Source: Desulfurococcaceae archaeon
GTDB taxonomy: Archaea; Thermoproteota; Thermoprotei_A; Sulfolobales; NBVN01
Length of the DNA: 64,000 nucleotides
Assembly: GCA_020832985.1 (NCBI GenBank)
Contig: JAJHRE010000002.1
Span: 22,991 to 86,990, forward strand
Direction: 5' to 3'
Made by a program: the position numbers and the translations under genes. Under the pieces are notes generated by a model. The model did not search any database. It was not told the DNA's origin and was given only the letters and a program-made list of their open reading frames with translations. Shown one piece after another: positions 52,120 to 62,902 of this stretch; position 1 is the first letter of the stretch; each line of letters starts with the position of its first letter.

Positions 52120-52599
52120 ATGAAGTACTGTGCTTTTGATGTAGACGGTGTGTTACTAGATGTTAGTGAGAGGTTTAGAATCGCTAAAGAACTCGTAGAG
52201 AGTGGTATGGAAAGGGATTTCTGGAAGGTGTTCTTCAGAGAAGAACTGTTACTACTGGATAAACCTAGAGGTATCTCAATAGAACTGATCAACTCTAGAG
52301 TAGGTAGGTATGGCTTAATAGTAATTACCGGTAGACCTGCTAACCTGTATAAGATAACGTTAGAACAGATCGTTCAGAACTTTAAATTAAGACCTACTAA
52401 GATATTCATGAGGAGAGTTAATGATTATAGACCATCCACTATAGTTAAGTTAGAACTTATTGAGAAGGCATTAAATGAAGGTTATGAAGTGGTTGAATAC
52501 CATGATGACGACTTACAAGTACTGAAGACCATTAAGAAGTTATATCCTGGAATAACGTTATACTTCCATCAAGGTGATTCATACCGAATACTAAGTTAA
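52120..52599 (+). CDS. HAD family phosphatase (capless, PNKP-like)
   Basis: FDVDGVL, ITGRP, K, HDDD. Confidence 0.82.
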   Translation: MKYCAFDVDGVLLDVSERFRIAKELVESGMERDFWKVFFREELLLLDKPRGISIELINSRVGRYGLIVITGRPANLYKITLEQIVQNFKLRPTKIFMRRVNDYRPSTIVKLELIEKALNEGYEVVEYHDDDLQVLKTIKKLYPGITLYFHQGDSYRILS

Positions 52600-53147
52600 A
52601 GTCCTAAAACGTCGTGGATCTCCTTCAACGCCTCTAAAGACACCTTTACAAACTCCTCTAGACTTAGCCCTAACTTCTCACAATACATTATTCTAGACCT
52701 ATCAACACCTCTAGCGAAATCCTTCTGCTTAAACTTCTTAAGAACTGAATCCACACGTACTTCATCTAATTTCTTATTAGGCATTACTAAAGCAGTCGCT
52801 ATTATTAACCCTGAAACATGGTCTGAAGCTTTTAAAGCATATGCTATATCTAGGTTTGAGGTATGCCCAGTTAATTCGTTATGTGATGCTATAGCTTCTA
52901 ATGCCTCGTTAGGGAGGAGGTCCTTAAGTAGCTCAAGAGCTACTACTCCATGCCTACTTAAGTCCTTACCAACTAATTCGTAATCTATATCGTGTAGCAG
53001 TCCTGTAAGTCCCCATAACTCCTCATCCTTACCTAACCTCCCAGCTAACGCCCTCATTATAGCTTCAACTGCTAGACAGTGTTTGAAGTTCTTCTCATTC
53101 TTAATATACTTCCTTAATAACTCTAAAGCTTCATCCCTCTTAATCAT
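52596..53147 (-). CDS. HDIG/HD domain protein
   Basis: HCLAVE, GLLHDIDYE, IASHN, KDFARGV. Confidence 0.9.
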   Translation of the reverse strand: MIKRDEALELLRKYIKNEKNFKHCLAVEAIMRALAGRLGKDEELWGLTGLLHDIDYELVGKDLSRHGVVALELLKDLLPNEALEAIASHNELTGHTSNLDIAYALKASDHVSGLIIATALVMPNKKLDEVRVDSVLKKFKQKDFARGVDRSRIMYCEKLGLSLEEFVKVSLEALKEIHDVLGL

Positions 53148-53247
53148 TACATACTCACCAGGTTAAGATAATCATTTCCTGACTTTATAAAGGTGTTACT
53201 CTACATTAGGACTTAGATTTTTAAGTTGTACAGTATTGATGTTCTAG

Positions 53248-53994
53248 GTGGATATACTGTTTAAGATTAAAGTATTAAGTGAGGTTAAAGCAGATGATAA
53301 AGTACTAATCGTAGGTCTTCCAGGTATGGGTGGCGTAGCGTACACTACAGCTAATCATATAGTGAATACCATGGGTGGTAGGTTAGTAGCTGAGTTCTAC
53401 ACATATAGCTACCCACCACAGATAAACATCAGTGATGGGAGGGCTAACCTATTTAAGGCCTACCTCTATGAGACGAAGCCAGCCTTAGTCCTAACAGCTA
53501 ATGCACAACCAGCGACTCCTGAGGCTCAGAACGAATTCTGTGATAACGTTATCGGATTCCTCAGTAGGAAGGGGTTAAGGAAAATCATAGCTACTGCAGC
53601 TTACGTAACAAGTCATGTCGGTCCTCTAAGGAATGTCTATGTAGCTGGGAATGATGATTCACTAATTAATGAGTTTGTTAAATTGAATGCTCAGGTATTA
53701 AAAGGTGGTGTTGTCTCAGGTATTAATGGAGCTATAGTTGGGTGGGCTTCCTACTATGACATACCGGCTGTCGTATTACTTGCTGAGACTTGGGAAGCTA
53801 TAGTTCAAGTTGATGAATTTGACTATAGAGCTTCAAAACATCTACTAGACATCGTTAGTAAGTACTTAAAGAGTGAGGTAGACACAAGTGTTTTAGATAC
53901 GTTAGCAGAGCAGGTTGAGAGTAAGGTCATGGAGTTAATTACGAGGTCACTTAAGCAGTTCGAAGTTAAGAAACCTTCTAAAGATGTTATGTAG
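53248..53994 (+). CDS. PAC2 family (proteasome assembly chaperone-like)
   Basis: VGLPGMGGVA, QP, ISG/VSGING patterns. Confidence 0.82.
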   Translation: MDILFKIKVLSEVKADDKVLIVGLPGMGGVAYTTANHIVNTMGGRLVAEFYTYSYPPQINISDGRANLFKAYLYETKPALVLTANAQPATPEAQNEFCDNVIGFLSRKGLRKIIATAAYVTSHVGPLRNVYVAGNDDSLINEFVKLNAQVLKGGVVSGINGAIVGWASYYDIPAVVLLAETWEAIVQVDEFDYRASKHLLDIVSKYLKSEVDTSVLDTLAEQVESKVMELITRSLKQFEVKKPSKDVM

Positions 53995-54005
53995 GGTATT
54001 TTAAA

Positions 54006-54662
54006 GTGTACGTGAAGACAGTAATATTTGATTTAGATGGGACGTTAGTAGATAGTAATGAAGCTCACGCTATTTCTTGGGTTCAAGCATATAAGTTAGT
54101 TGGTTATGGTGAAGTCCCTGTAGAGACTATCCTTAAGTATATAGGTATTAGAGGAGACTTAATAACTGAGAAAGTTCTTGGTAGGGAAGCTCTTAAGGAT
54201 TATAAAAGGATAAGGTTCTATAAAGATAAAGTATTCCTTAAATTACTGAGGGAAGGTTACATAACACTCTTCCCGGAAGTATATGATGTATTGAAGGTGT
54301 TGAAGAGTTACGGGGTTAAGCTATGTGTAGCTACTTCAACATCTATACCCCTACTAATAACAATGTTAGAATACTTCAACATAATGAAGTACTTTGATGT
54401 CTTAGTAGCTGGTGAGGAAGTTCGTAGGAGTAAACCTGAACCAGACCTCTATCTAGAGGCTTTAAAACGTGCTGAAACTGATGGTAGGGAGGCTTTAATA
54501 GTAGGTGATAGTGAGTATGATGTAATACCGGCTAAGGCTGTAGGTGCTACTACGGTATTAGTAATGAGAGATAATCAGAAGAAGGGGTTAAGTGTTAATC
54601 CTGACTACATAGTTAAAGACCTTATAGACTTAGTTAAGAATGTACTTAAGTTAAGGATTTAA
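54006..54662 (+). CDS. HAD family hydrolase
   Basis: FDLDGTLVDS, ATS, KPEPD, VGDSEYD. Confidence 0.92.
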   Translation: MYVKTVIFDLDGTLVDSNEAHAISWVQAYKLVGYGEVPVETILKYIGIRGDLITEKVLGREALKDYKRIRFYKDKVFLKLLREGYITLFPEVYDVLKVLKSYGVKLCVATSTSIPLLITMLEYFNIMKYFDVLVAGEEVRRSKPEPDLYLEALKRAETDGREALIVGDSEYDVIPAKAVGATTVLVMRDNQKKGLSVNPDYIVKDLIDLVKNVLKLRI

Positions 54663-55874
54663 TTACTCATACCTTAAAGCTTCTACAGGACTAAGTTTTG
54701 ACGCCCTCCACGACGGGTAGATAGATGCTACTGCTGTAGTTGTGAGGGATAACACCACAGCTATTAAGGTATATTGAGGATCTAACACCGGTGTATAACT
54801 AGTAAATGGGTTTGCCTGCGGTCCTGGACCCGGACTTCTAGGACCGATGGTTAAACTGAAAATGTGTGTGAGTGCTTGTGATAACACGATACCTAACCCG
54901 AAACCTGATAACCCACCTATAAGGCCTATCAACAACCCCTGAATCAGATATAACAGTAAGACCGTAGTATCACTCATACCTAAAGCTTTAAGCAGTCCTA
55001 TCTCCCTAACCCTCTCAAGGACTGACACCATCATTATGTTAAAAGTACCTAAACCAGCAGCTATGAATGAAGTACTAGCGATACTAACTAGCAGTAAGTT
55101 CATCTGATTTAATATATTAGTGAACGTATTTACCACTGACTGAACTGTCGTTACCCTAGCTCTAGCACCTAATAACATCCTTATATTATCAGCTACATCA
55201 CTAACTACGTTAACGTCTGAGGCCTTCACTATAACTACTGAATACCCTTGAACCCCACTAACCCTTCTGAAGTAGTCTAACGGTATGTATATACTATCAT
55301 CAGGTGATGAGAGGAGGAATGAAGATCCGTAATAATTAAGTATACCTACTACGCTGAAGATATACGTTCTAGTACCAACCCTCACAGCTATTGTCTGACC
55401 AACATCAACGACTTCACTACTGCTTGATTGGTCGTGAGCTATATTATAACCTATTAAAGCTATAGGTATTGGTGTGTCAGTAAGTGGGTTACCTTTAAGT
55501 AAGTTCACATCACCACCTAACAACTCTTTAAGTTCTGAAGCCCTAACACCAACCACTGTAGCCCTAACATTCAAACCTTCAACATTACCGCTTAATGTCC
55601 TCATAGGTATTACTATTGAAACCCCTGGTAACTCAGATACCCTATAAACATCTACATCACTTAATAATCTAGTACCAGTTGATGAGACTATTATCGTTGT
55701 AGGTCCGAGTCTTTCGAAATTAGCTATGAAACTAACGTATATCCCTCGGGCATGTGATGATAACGCTATTATAACCATAACACCGACAGCAACAGCTAGG
55801 ATAGTGAGGATCGTTCTAAGCCTCCTCTGAGTTAGTTGTTTCCATGCAAGTTTAACTACGTCGTAGATGTTCAT
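54663..55874 (-). CDS. MacB/FtsX-type ABC permease
   Basis: RTILTIL, SVLERVREIGLLKALG, YPSWRASKLSPVEALRYE. Confidence 0.93.
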   Translation of the reverse strand: MNIYDVVKLAWKQLTQRRLRTILTILAVAVGVMVIIALSSHARGIYVSFIANFERLGPTTIIVSSTGTRLLSDVDVYRVSELPGVSIVIPMRTLSGNVEGLNVRATVVGVRASELKELLGGDVNLLKGNPLTDTPIPIALIGYNIAHDQSSSSEVVDVGQTIAVRVGTRTYIFSVVGILNYYGSSFLLSSPDDSIYIPLDYFRRVSGVQGYSVVIVKASDVNVVSDVADNIRMLLGARARVTTVQSVVNTFTNILNQMNLLLVSIASTSFIAAGLGTFNIMMVSVLERVREIGLLKALGMSDTTVLLLYLIQGLLIGLIGGLSGFGLGIVLSQALTHIFSLTIGPRSPGPGPQANPFTSYTPVLDPQYTLIAVVLSLTTTAVASIYPSWRASKLSPVEALRYE

Positions 55875-55886
55875 TACCTACTCCAC

Positions 55887-58826
55887 CTACTTCCTCAACT
55901 TCTTAATAATTACTAAAGCAATTAACACAACCACTACTAAACCACCAGCTATTAAGATGTAATTACTGGTACCCTCACTTACCGGTCTCGACGGAGTTAT
56001 TTGTGTGGTATTGATCGGACTTCCAACCCTAATAACTACTTCGAATGTGGTGTTCTGAGGAGTTCTTAAGTTATCGAGGTATGAGATAGTTATAGGTAGT
56101 CTTAAAACTCTTTCAGAGGTATTCATAAGCTGTAGAGTTATTGTGGCTGCAGTTGTACTTCCTACATCAATATTACCTAAGTATACAGCCCTCTCCTCTG
56201 TAGTAGGTCTAAGCGGTAAGCCTGCTATTAATGGGTATATAAATGCTGAATATGCTGGAGTTACTCCAACGTTGATTAATGTTAGAGTTATTGAGAATGT
56301 CTGACCGGGTACTACAGTAGTAGGCATTACCACATAATCAGTAACTCTAATATCTGCCTTACCCCTAAGCAGGAGTGTAAAGCTCTTAACCTCATTCTTT
56401 AAAGTACCTAATACCTTATCTACGTAGTTGAGATTGATAGTTATGTATGATGTGTATTGATTAGTTAATGTTACATAGACTGGTAATTTAATAACTACTA
56501 CCTCACCAGGTCTTAATCTCTCTATATAACCATCACTACCACCTATGATATTTATAGCTGAACCAACAGATAACCCATAGTTAATCCCTTCAATCACTTC
56601 ATTACCTACGTTCCTTAAAGTTATACTGACATTATTTACAACTCCTATAAATAGTTCGTTAGTATTTATAGTTGCTTCTACATTACTTACTAATGTTCTA
56701 GGCTCTACAGATAACATCACAGTATACGTGTCACTATACAACTGATTTAAAGTGTCGTAGTATGTGGCTGTGATTGTTATAGGGACTGAGGTATACGTGG
56801 TTACGTAGCTAGACCTAACATTCACGTAAACATACTTAGAATCTCCAGGACTTATATCACCGATGTAGAACTTACTTGATGAATTAACTAAAGCGATTAC
56901 AGTACCTTGAACACTTACACTTACTACTAAGTCTCTAACTTCAGACTCCCCAGTATTTGAAATATTTATCGATAGTACATCAATACTACTAGATAGTATA
57001 TTCGTAGGTGTTATACTGATGTTTAAGGATACCCTAGTAGGCAATACTTTAATTACCTCATTATAAGTTTCAGTCCTTAAAACACCTGAGGAGTCTAAGT
57101 ACCTAACGTTAATAGTTAGTACGTACGTACCCGGTTTATTAGTAACTACGTAAGGTATCTCCACAATACGTTCATCACCAAACCTTAAACTCCCTACTAA
57201 CACATCATTACTACCACTTAAAATTAGGGGTGTACCACTACTAACTATGTTAAGTATGACGTTACTAACATTATCGTTACTTAATACTTTAACACTTAAC
57301 GAACCTGTTGATAGAGTTTTAAATGATTTAGGTTCTAAACTTATTACTAACCTCCTCTGAGCTTCAGGTGGTTTAATCATTATTACGAAGTCGTATGTAC
57401 CGCTGAAGTAGTTACCTAGATTGTCAGAATAACTTACCTGGTAACTAATCTTCACGTAAGTAACTGAGTCTACATATGGGGTCCTAACAATGAAGTCTAC
57501 ATAGACTGTTGAGAATGGGTTTAGGTTTCCTAACCTCACTTGAGGTTCACTTAATAACAATACGTTCTGAGGTGGGATTACCTGTATAGTTAGGTTGCTT
57601 AAGTAGTTATTACCTCCATTATACAGCTTTAAAGTTAAGTTACTGATATCACCGCCTCTAACTTCTTTAGTGATTAAGTCTAGGGTTAAAGGTGAGTCCT
57701 TAATAGGTTTTACAACTACTGGTATGTTGAAGGACTTACTACCACTTAACCCATACATATCGTTATAATCAATACTTACTGTAATGAATGTGTTGACGTA
57801 TGAGGTTGTAGGTGTTGAAGATATCGTTACTGGAATCACTATACTCTCGTTAGGTCCTACCTCATCAACTACGTAGAGTGTATTACCGTAAACTTGTAGT
57901 GGTTGCTGCGTTGTTAACCTAACCACTAAATCCTTAGCAATACCTCCACTATTGATTATTGTTAAGTTAGTTGTTAATGATGAACCACTTAATAATTCAT
58001 TAGAGCTTAGGTAAGCATTAAGTATGGGTTTGTTGTACTGTTCTACGTAGATATTATTCTTATATGTTAATGTATACATGATTCCTAATGGGCCGTAATA
58101 CGTTACTGTCGTTGTAAGGACTAACGTTGTATTAGATAGTGTTGGTGGTATGAATAACCCTACAGGTATCTTCACCTCATTAGCTGGTGAGATATCACCT
58201 ACTTCTAACTTAGTTATATTCGTATATACCTGAGGTTGAGTTAATAACTCAATAACTACATTCTCAGCATTTACTGTACCATTATTAACTAACCCGATAG
58301 TTAGTACCTGCCTTCCAGGACTTACAGATGTATCGTAACTATAGATTTTAATATTAGGTCTACCATTTACTGGAATATCTACGTATAATTCAGTAGTATA
58401 CACCCTACTATAGTATAGTACCTCAACAACATACTCCAGAACTAACTTAGCCTTATACGTCCCTAAAACCGCATCATCACTTACTCTAACCTTAAATTGA
58501 AGTTCAATAATAGATCCTGCAGGTATTGAAGAACCTGCAGCCTTATAGTATGTTACGACTTTAGAGTCTCCAGTTACTGAGGTTAGTCCTTTAGGAAGTT
58601 CTAAAGTAGCTGTTATCGTAGGTGATGATATAGTATTCATAGTTCTTAAAGTTATTGATAGCTGACCTATATCTCCAGGCCCTACCTCAGTAGGATTCGC
58701 TAGAGACCCCCATGTAACTGATAATACTTCAAGTTCTACTGTTTGAGCATTGAGTACCTGTAGCGGTATTACGTTAAGTATTACCAACATAACTACTAAA
58801 GCTACAACTACACTACCTACATTCAC
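55887..58826 (-). CDS. Large secreted, membrane-anchored protein with tandem Ig-like (COG1361/S-layer-like) repeats
   Basis: Signal peptide, repeated N.G..A..V / G.I.P / Y.D..G beta units, C-terminal TM helix plus KKLRK. Confidence 0.82.
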   Translation of the reverse strand: MNVGSVVVALVVMLVILNVIPLQVLNAQTVELEVLSVTWGSLANPTEVGPGDIGQLSITLRTMNTISSPTITATLELPKGLTSVTGDSKVVTYYKAAGSSIPAGSIIELQFKVRVSDDAVLGTYKAKLVLEYVVEVLYYSRVYTTELYVDIPVNGRPNIKIYSYDTSVSPGRQVLTIGLVNNGTVNAENVVIELLTQPQVYTNITKLEVGDISPANEVKIPVGLFIPPTLSNTTLVLTTTVTYYGPLGIMYTLTYKNNIYVEQYNKPILNAYLSSNELLSGSSLTTNLTIINSGGIAKDLVVRLTTQQPLQVYGNTLYVVDEVGPNESIVIPVTISSTPTTSYVNTFITVSIDYNDMYGLSGSKSFNIPVVVKPIKDSPLTLDLITKEVRGGDISNLTLKLYNGGNNYLSNLTIQVIPPQNVLLLSEPQVRLGNLNPFSTVYVDFIVRTPYVDSVTYVKISYQVSYSDNLGNYFSGTYDFVIMIKPPEAQRRLVISLEPKSFKTLSTGSLSVKVLSNDNVSNVILNIVSSGTPLILSGSNDVLVGSLRFGDERIVEIPYVVTNKPGTYVLTINVRYLDSSGVLRTETYNEVIKVLPTRVSLNISITPTNILSSSIDVLSINISNTGESEVRDLVVSVSVQGTVIALVNSSSKFYIGDISPGDSKYVYVNVRSSYVTTYTSVPITITATYYDTLNQLYSDTYTVMLSVEPRTLVSNVEATINTNELFIGVVNNVSITLRNVGNEVIEGINYGLSVGSAINIIGGSDGYIERLRPGEVVVIKLPVYVTLTNQYTSYITINLNYVDKVLGTLKNEVKSFTLLLRGKADIRVTDYVVMPTTVVPGQTFSITLTLINVGVTPAYSAFIYPLIAGLPLRPTTEERAVYLGNIDVGSTTAATITLQLMNTSERVLRLPITISYLDNLRTPQNTTFEVVIRVGSPINTTQITPSRPVSEGTSNYILIAGGLVVVVLIALVIIKKLRK

Positions 58827-59515
58827 TGATTAATCACCTCAACTACATTCCCATCCTTCATCTTAATAACCACATCAACATATTTTGTTAACTCAACATT
58901 ATGTGTAACCATAACTACTGTCTTACCGTGCTCGTCAACTAATTTCCTAAATGTCTCAACAACTACTTGAGCATTCTTAGAATCTAAATTCCCAGTAGGT
59001 TCGTCAGCAAGTATTAGGTTAGGCATATTAACTAAGGCCCTAGCTATAGCTACCCTCTGCTGTTCACCACCACTAAGTTCTAGAGGTCTCTTACTACTCA
59101 AGTCTCTAAGACCAAACACGTCTAAAGCCTTAAGTACTAATTCCCTACGTTCCCTAAAGTTAATACCTTTAATAGCTAGTGGTAATTCAACATTCTCAAA
59201 AACTGTTAAATAACTCAGTAAGTTGTACAACTGGAATACAAAACCTACGTATTTATTCCTATACTCAGCTAATTTCCTACCGTTAAGTCTAGTTATGTCA
59301 ATACCGTCAACTACTACAGACCCCCTCGTAGGTTTATCAAGACCGCCGATAATATTCAATAATGTCGTCTTACCACTACCGGAAGGCCCTACAACAGCTG
59401 TGAACGTATTACGTTTAATAACTAAGTTAACACCTCTTAAAGCAGGCCACTCAACCTTACCAGTCCTATATACCTTCCAAACATCATTAAGTACTACGTG
59501 AAACTCATCACCCAT
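58823..59515 (-). CDS. MacB/LolD-type ABC ATPase
   Basis: GPSGSGKT, LSGGEQQRVAIARAL, ADEPTGNLD. Confidence 0.95.
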   Translation of the reverse strand: MGDEFHVVLNDVWKVYRTGKVEWPALRGVNLVIKRNTFTAVVGPSGSGKTTLLNIIGGLDKPTRGSVVVDGIDITRLNGRKLAEYRNKYVGFVFQLYNLLSYLTVFENVELPLAIKGINFRERRELVLKALDVFGLRDLSSKRPLELSGGEQQRVAIARALVNMPNLILADEPTGNLDSKNAQVVVETFRKLVDEHGKTVVMVTHNVELTKYVDVVIKMKDGNVVEVINQ

Positions 59516-59654
59516 TAAAACACCTCCTCAGAAAAATAATGTTAAGGAAATATAAGGATATTTTTGAAACTCCTGAAACTCTTGTTCCATAGCTTAGAGA
59601 TTAAATAATGAGGGAGTAGTGTGGTAGTTAAGGATAAAAAGGTTTTGATTTTAT

Positions 59655-60209
59655 TTACTTACTAACGCATGGGCATTTACAAACACAGGTTGCCGGTCCC
59701 CAAATCTTAACTACTGTAGAGTTCTCTAAATCTACTAATACGTGAACTACACCTCCACCTTCCTTATGTAGTGTTACCCAAGCCCCTACAGCCTTCAACA
59801 CTACTGTACCGTCGTCCTGTACTACTAACTTAATTATAGGTCTTATAGCTGTGATGTTATAGCCTTCGTCTAGTAGTTTTGAAGTATTCTCATTACTCTT
59901 CAATATATTCATGACCTTCTCTTTAAATCCTTCACTAATCTCTATAAACTTCTTATTAAGCCATAGACCCCATGCTGGAGGTAGCTTACGTATGTTATTA
60001 AACATCTTCTGCATCATTAGTCCCTTCCCGTTACTGATACTCTCTTCATCAGCTGCTTGCAGTCCTCCATATACTAAGCTTAAAGCTTTAGGGTTAGGTT
60101 TAGCGTATGCTACCATACCTACTAAGCCTAACACAACTATAGCTAATGCTAGAGTTGCTATCACGTATACCCTAGCATTTAAATTCCTACCCACTTGCAT
60201 CACCTTCAA
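59655..60209 (-). CDS. Hypothetical secreted/membrane-anchored protein with Cys-rich tail
   Basis: N-terminal TM helix; C-terminal CVCKCPC. Confidence 0.7.
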   Translation of the reverse strand: MKVMQVGRNLNARVYVIATLALAIVVLGLVGMVAYAKPNPKALSLVYGGLQAADEESISNGKGLMMQKMFNNIRKLPPAWGLWLNKKFIEISEGFKEKVMNILKSNENTSKLLDEGYNITAIRPIIKLVVQDDGTVVLKAVGAWVTLHKEGGGVVHVLVDLENSTVVKIWGPATCVCKCPCVSK

Positions 60210-60318
60210 TTACTGAATTGTTAAGGAGTTATAAGAGGGATACCGTGGAACGATCAGGAGGGAGTAGTGGAACTCCTCAAGGAACCCTTTTAACTAATTA
60301 AGGTGTTAGTGTAGTTAG

Positions 60319-60795
60319 GTGGTAGAGTTGATAATACCTCCTCAATACTTAGTAAATTTAGGTTATAGTACAGAAATACTTGATTGTAGTGGTGTGAAGC
60401 TGACACTAGATGAAGTATTTACTACCGAGTCTGAAGGATTTATCGATATTGATACTAAGGTGATACCACATTATAAGAGGTTAGAACATGATAGTGATGG
60501 AGTTTACCACTTACCTCAAGGTTCATACGTAATTAGGTATAGGGAGTATGTTAAGGTCCCAGAAGACGCTATAGCTTTAGCAATCCCTAGGTCATCATTA
60601 ATTAGGTCTGGTTCTACATTATTTACAGCTGTTTGGGACCCTGGATATGAGGGTAGGGGTTACGGGTTGTTAGTAGTGTATAATAGTCACGGTATTAGGG
60701 TAAGGAGAGGTGCTCAAGTAGCTCAACTAGTATTTATAAAGATGATGGAGAGGAGTGTGAAGGTGTATAGAGGTACTTATTTTGGGGAACGTTAA
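60319..60795 (+). CDS. Trimeric dUTPase/dCTP deaminase family protein
   Basis: PRSSLIRSG, VWDPGYEG, AQLVF, YRGTY. Confidence 0.9.
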   Translation: MVELIIPPQYLVNLGYSTEILDCSGVKLTLDEVFTTESEGFIDIDTKVIPHYKRLEHDSDGVYHLPQGSYVIRYREYVKVPEDAIALAIPRSSLIRSGSTLFTAVWDPGYEGRGYGLLVVYNSHGIRVRRGAQVAQLVFIKMMERSVKVYRGTYFGER

Positions 60796-60808
60796 TTAGG
60801 TTTATGAT

Positions 60809-61435
60809 TTAACTACGTCTACTCTTACTAGCCTCACTTATTATCTCAATCAACTTCTTAATAACTTCAGTGATATCTACCTCCTCTTCCTTCTTAGGTA
60901 ACTCTACCTTCTCACCCCTCAAGAACTTCTCCACCCTCAAGCTAAACTCCTCAACAATCTTAATTAATTCGTTAGAGTTCAACCTCCCTTCATATTTCTC
61001 CCTATAAACTACCTTCCCATCCCTGAAGTAGAGTAGGTATGTAGTTGGTGATGCATGTATATCGTACTCCTTAAAGGAATTACTCGCAGCTTCAGAGTTA
61101 CACTTCCGTGAAAACCATTCACAAAGGATTACTATGAAGTAGTGATTAGTCAGTCTTTTAGCTACTTCCTCTACATACTTAAACCAAGTACCATCGTAAG
61201 CCCTACAAGCACTACATTTAGAGTTGTCGAAGTATATGATATAGTAGCCGTCAATAGGTGGTTTGAACGCATTACCGCTAATTAAGGTTAAGATCCACTC
61301 ACCCCTAACCCTATCGTATACGTACACACCATGTGGTGACTCACTACTAACTACTTTAAATCTACTTAAGCTACTTAAATCAACTCCACCACCTACCAAC
61401 GCCTTAATTAATAATTCATCACCCACATATATCAC
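60809..61435 (-). CDS. Thioredoxin-fold hypothetical protein
   Basis: YFDNSKCSAC CxxC, cis-Pro-like ASPTT, extra CEWFSRKC. Confidence 0.65.
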   Translation of the reverse strand: MIYVGDELLIKALVGGGVDLSSLSRFKVVSSESPHGVYVYDRVRGEWILTLISGNAFKPPIDGYYIIYFDNSKCSACRAYDGTWFKYVEEVAKRLTNHYFIVILCEWFSRKCNSEAASNSFKEYDIHASPTTYLLYFRDGKVVYREKYEGRLNSNELIKIVEEFSLRVEKFLRGEKVELPKKEEEVDITEVIKKLIEIISEASKSRRS

Positions 61436-61490
61436 CTAACCAGTCTTGAAGTAATATTAAATTAATTAAGTTAATTAGGTTTAAATAATA

Positions 61491-62114
61491 TCACTCCTTA
61501 CATAACGGTTTTAGGTAATACTCCTTAGCTAAGTTGATCGACGATGGTGTAACATCGTTAGTAACTACATTAGTTAATTCTTGAAATACCTTAATTATAT
61601 CCTCTGGAGACATATGCAGTGACTTACATCCGTACTCCTTATACATTAGTGAGTATATGACTTCATGTATTGTCCATGGGTAGATAATCCATGCCCAAGA
61701 CTCTAACCTACTTACATAGTAGTCTGGTATATACTTAGACGTTGGCTTAATATGAAGTACTGCAGTCCTAACCTCTTCAGGGTTAAACATCTTAATACGT
61801 CTAACTACAGTATCCAGTGTTGACCCACTATCTACGACGTCATCAACTATTAAGACTTTCTTACCTTTAATTGGTAGTTCTACCTCCTGTATAACCACTC
61901 TATCAGAGACCTTACCGCCAACACCCCATAAACTAGCCTTAATACTGTACACCTCATCAACATTAATGATATCGCTTAAGACCCTTGCTGGGATTAAACC
62001 ACCCCTAGATATAGCTACTATAGAGTTAGGTAGGTAATTACTCGATATGATTTCCCCAGCTAATTCAATTGTTAACTTAATAGCCTCACCCCACGAAACA
62101 TATATGTACTTCAT
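61491..62114 (-). CDS. Purine phosphoribosyltransferase (XGPRT-like)
   Basis: ISRGGLIP, IVDDVVDSGST, WIIYPW. Confidence 0.9.
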   Translation of the reverse strand: MKYIYVSWGEAIKLTIELAGEIISSNYLPNSIVAISRGGLIPARVLSDIINVDEVYSIKASLWGVGGKVSDRVVIQEVELPIKGKKVLIVDDVVDSGSTLDTVVRRIKMFNPEEVRTAVLHIKPTSKYIPDYYVSRLESWAWIIYPWTIHEVIYSLMYKEYGCKSLHMSPEDIIKVFQELTNVVTNDVTPSSINLAKEYYLKPLCKE

Positions 62115-62181
62115 ACCTGAGACTCCCTCCTAACAACATTCCTCAACATATACTTACTTAAGTTTGTGCTTAAAGAATAAC

Positions 62182-62796
62182 TTAAATAATCTTAACCACC
62201 TCATCAATACTCCTCCTAGGCCTAACTCTAGGCTGTTCTGAAGGATAGCCTAAAGCTATTATAGCTTGAAGTTCACAGCCCTCAGGTGGTTTTAAGAGTT
62301 CGTCGAATCTATCCTTCATTAGTAGAGGTACTCCTAACCATACACTACCTAAGCCTAAAGCATGAGCAGCTAATATGATGTTCTCTATAGCTGCTGAAAC
62401 ACTTTGTATTATGTATACCTTCTCAACCTCTGAATACTGTACATTATGAGTACTCCGTCTGAAGTCTGCATATACAGCTATATACACTGGTGCTAAGTAC
62501 ATCCCACCAACTATCCTCTGAACCCATTTACTAACCTTCTCAGGAGGTAGCGGTTCCTTAAGCACTGATGTAGCGTATAGTCTATGTGCTTCGAGGAGGA
62601 GTTTATGGATCTCCCTCCTTAACGATTCATCCTTAACAACTATGAAGTACCACGGCTCACTACCCCCGGCGTTCGGAGCCCTCACACCACACTCTAAAAT
62701 CTTTAATATCAGTTGATCCGGTATTGAGTCCTGCTTAAACAACCTTATACTACACCTACTTAATATCACCTTAAGTAAGTCTTCACACATTAACAT
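62182..62796 (-). CDS. Nitroreductase family protein
   Basis: RCSIRLF, APNAGGSEPW, ALGLGSVW, ALGYP. Confidence 0.92.
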   Translation of the reverse strand: MLMCEDLLKVILSRCSIRLFKQDSIPDQLILKILECGVRAPNAGGSEPWYFIVVKDESLRREIHKLLLEAHRLYATSVLKEPLPPEKVSKWVQRIVGGMYLAPVYIAVYADFRRSTHNVQYSEVEKVYIIQSVSAAIENIILAAHALGLGSVWLGVPLLMKDRFDELLKPPEGCELQAIIALGYPSEQPRVRPRRSIDEVVKII

Positions 62797-62902
62797 ACCA
62801 TTAAGATTAGTATTAACGTGCTTATCTATTTAACTCAATAATACCGACATTATTAAGAACAGTTAAAAACCCTAGTTAACTAATTCATAAGGTGTTAATT
62901 AA

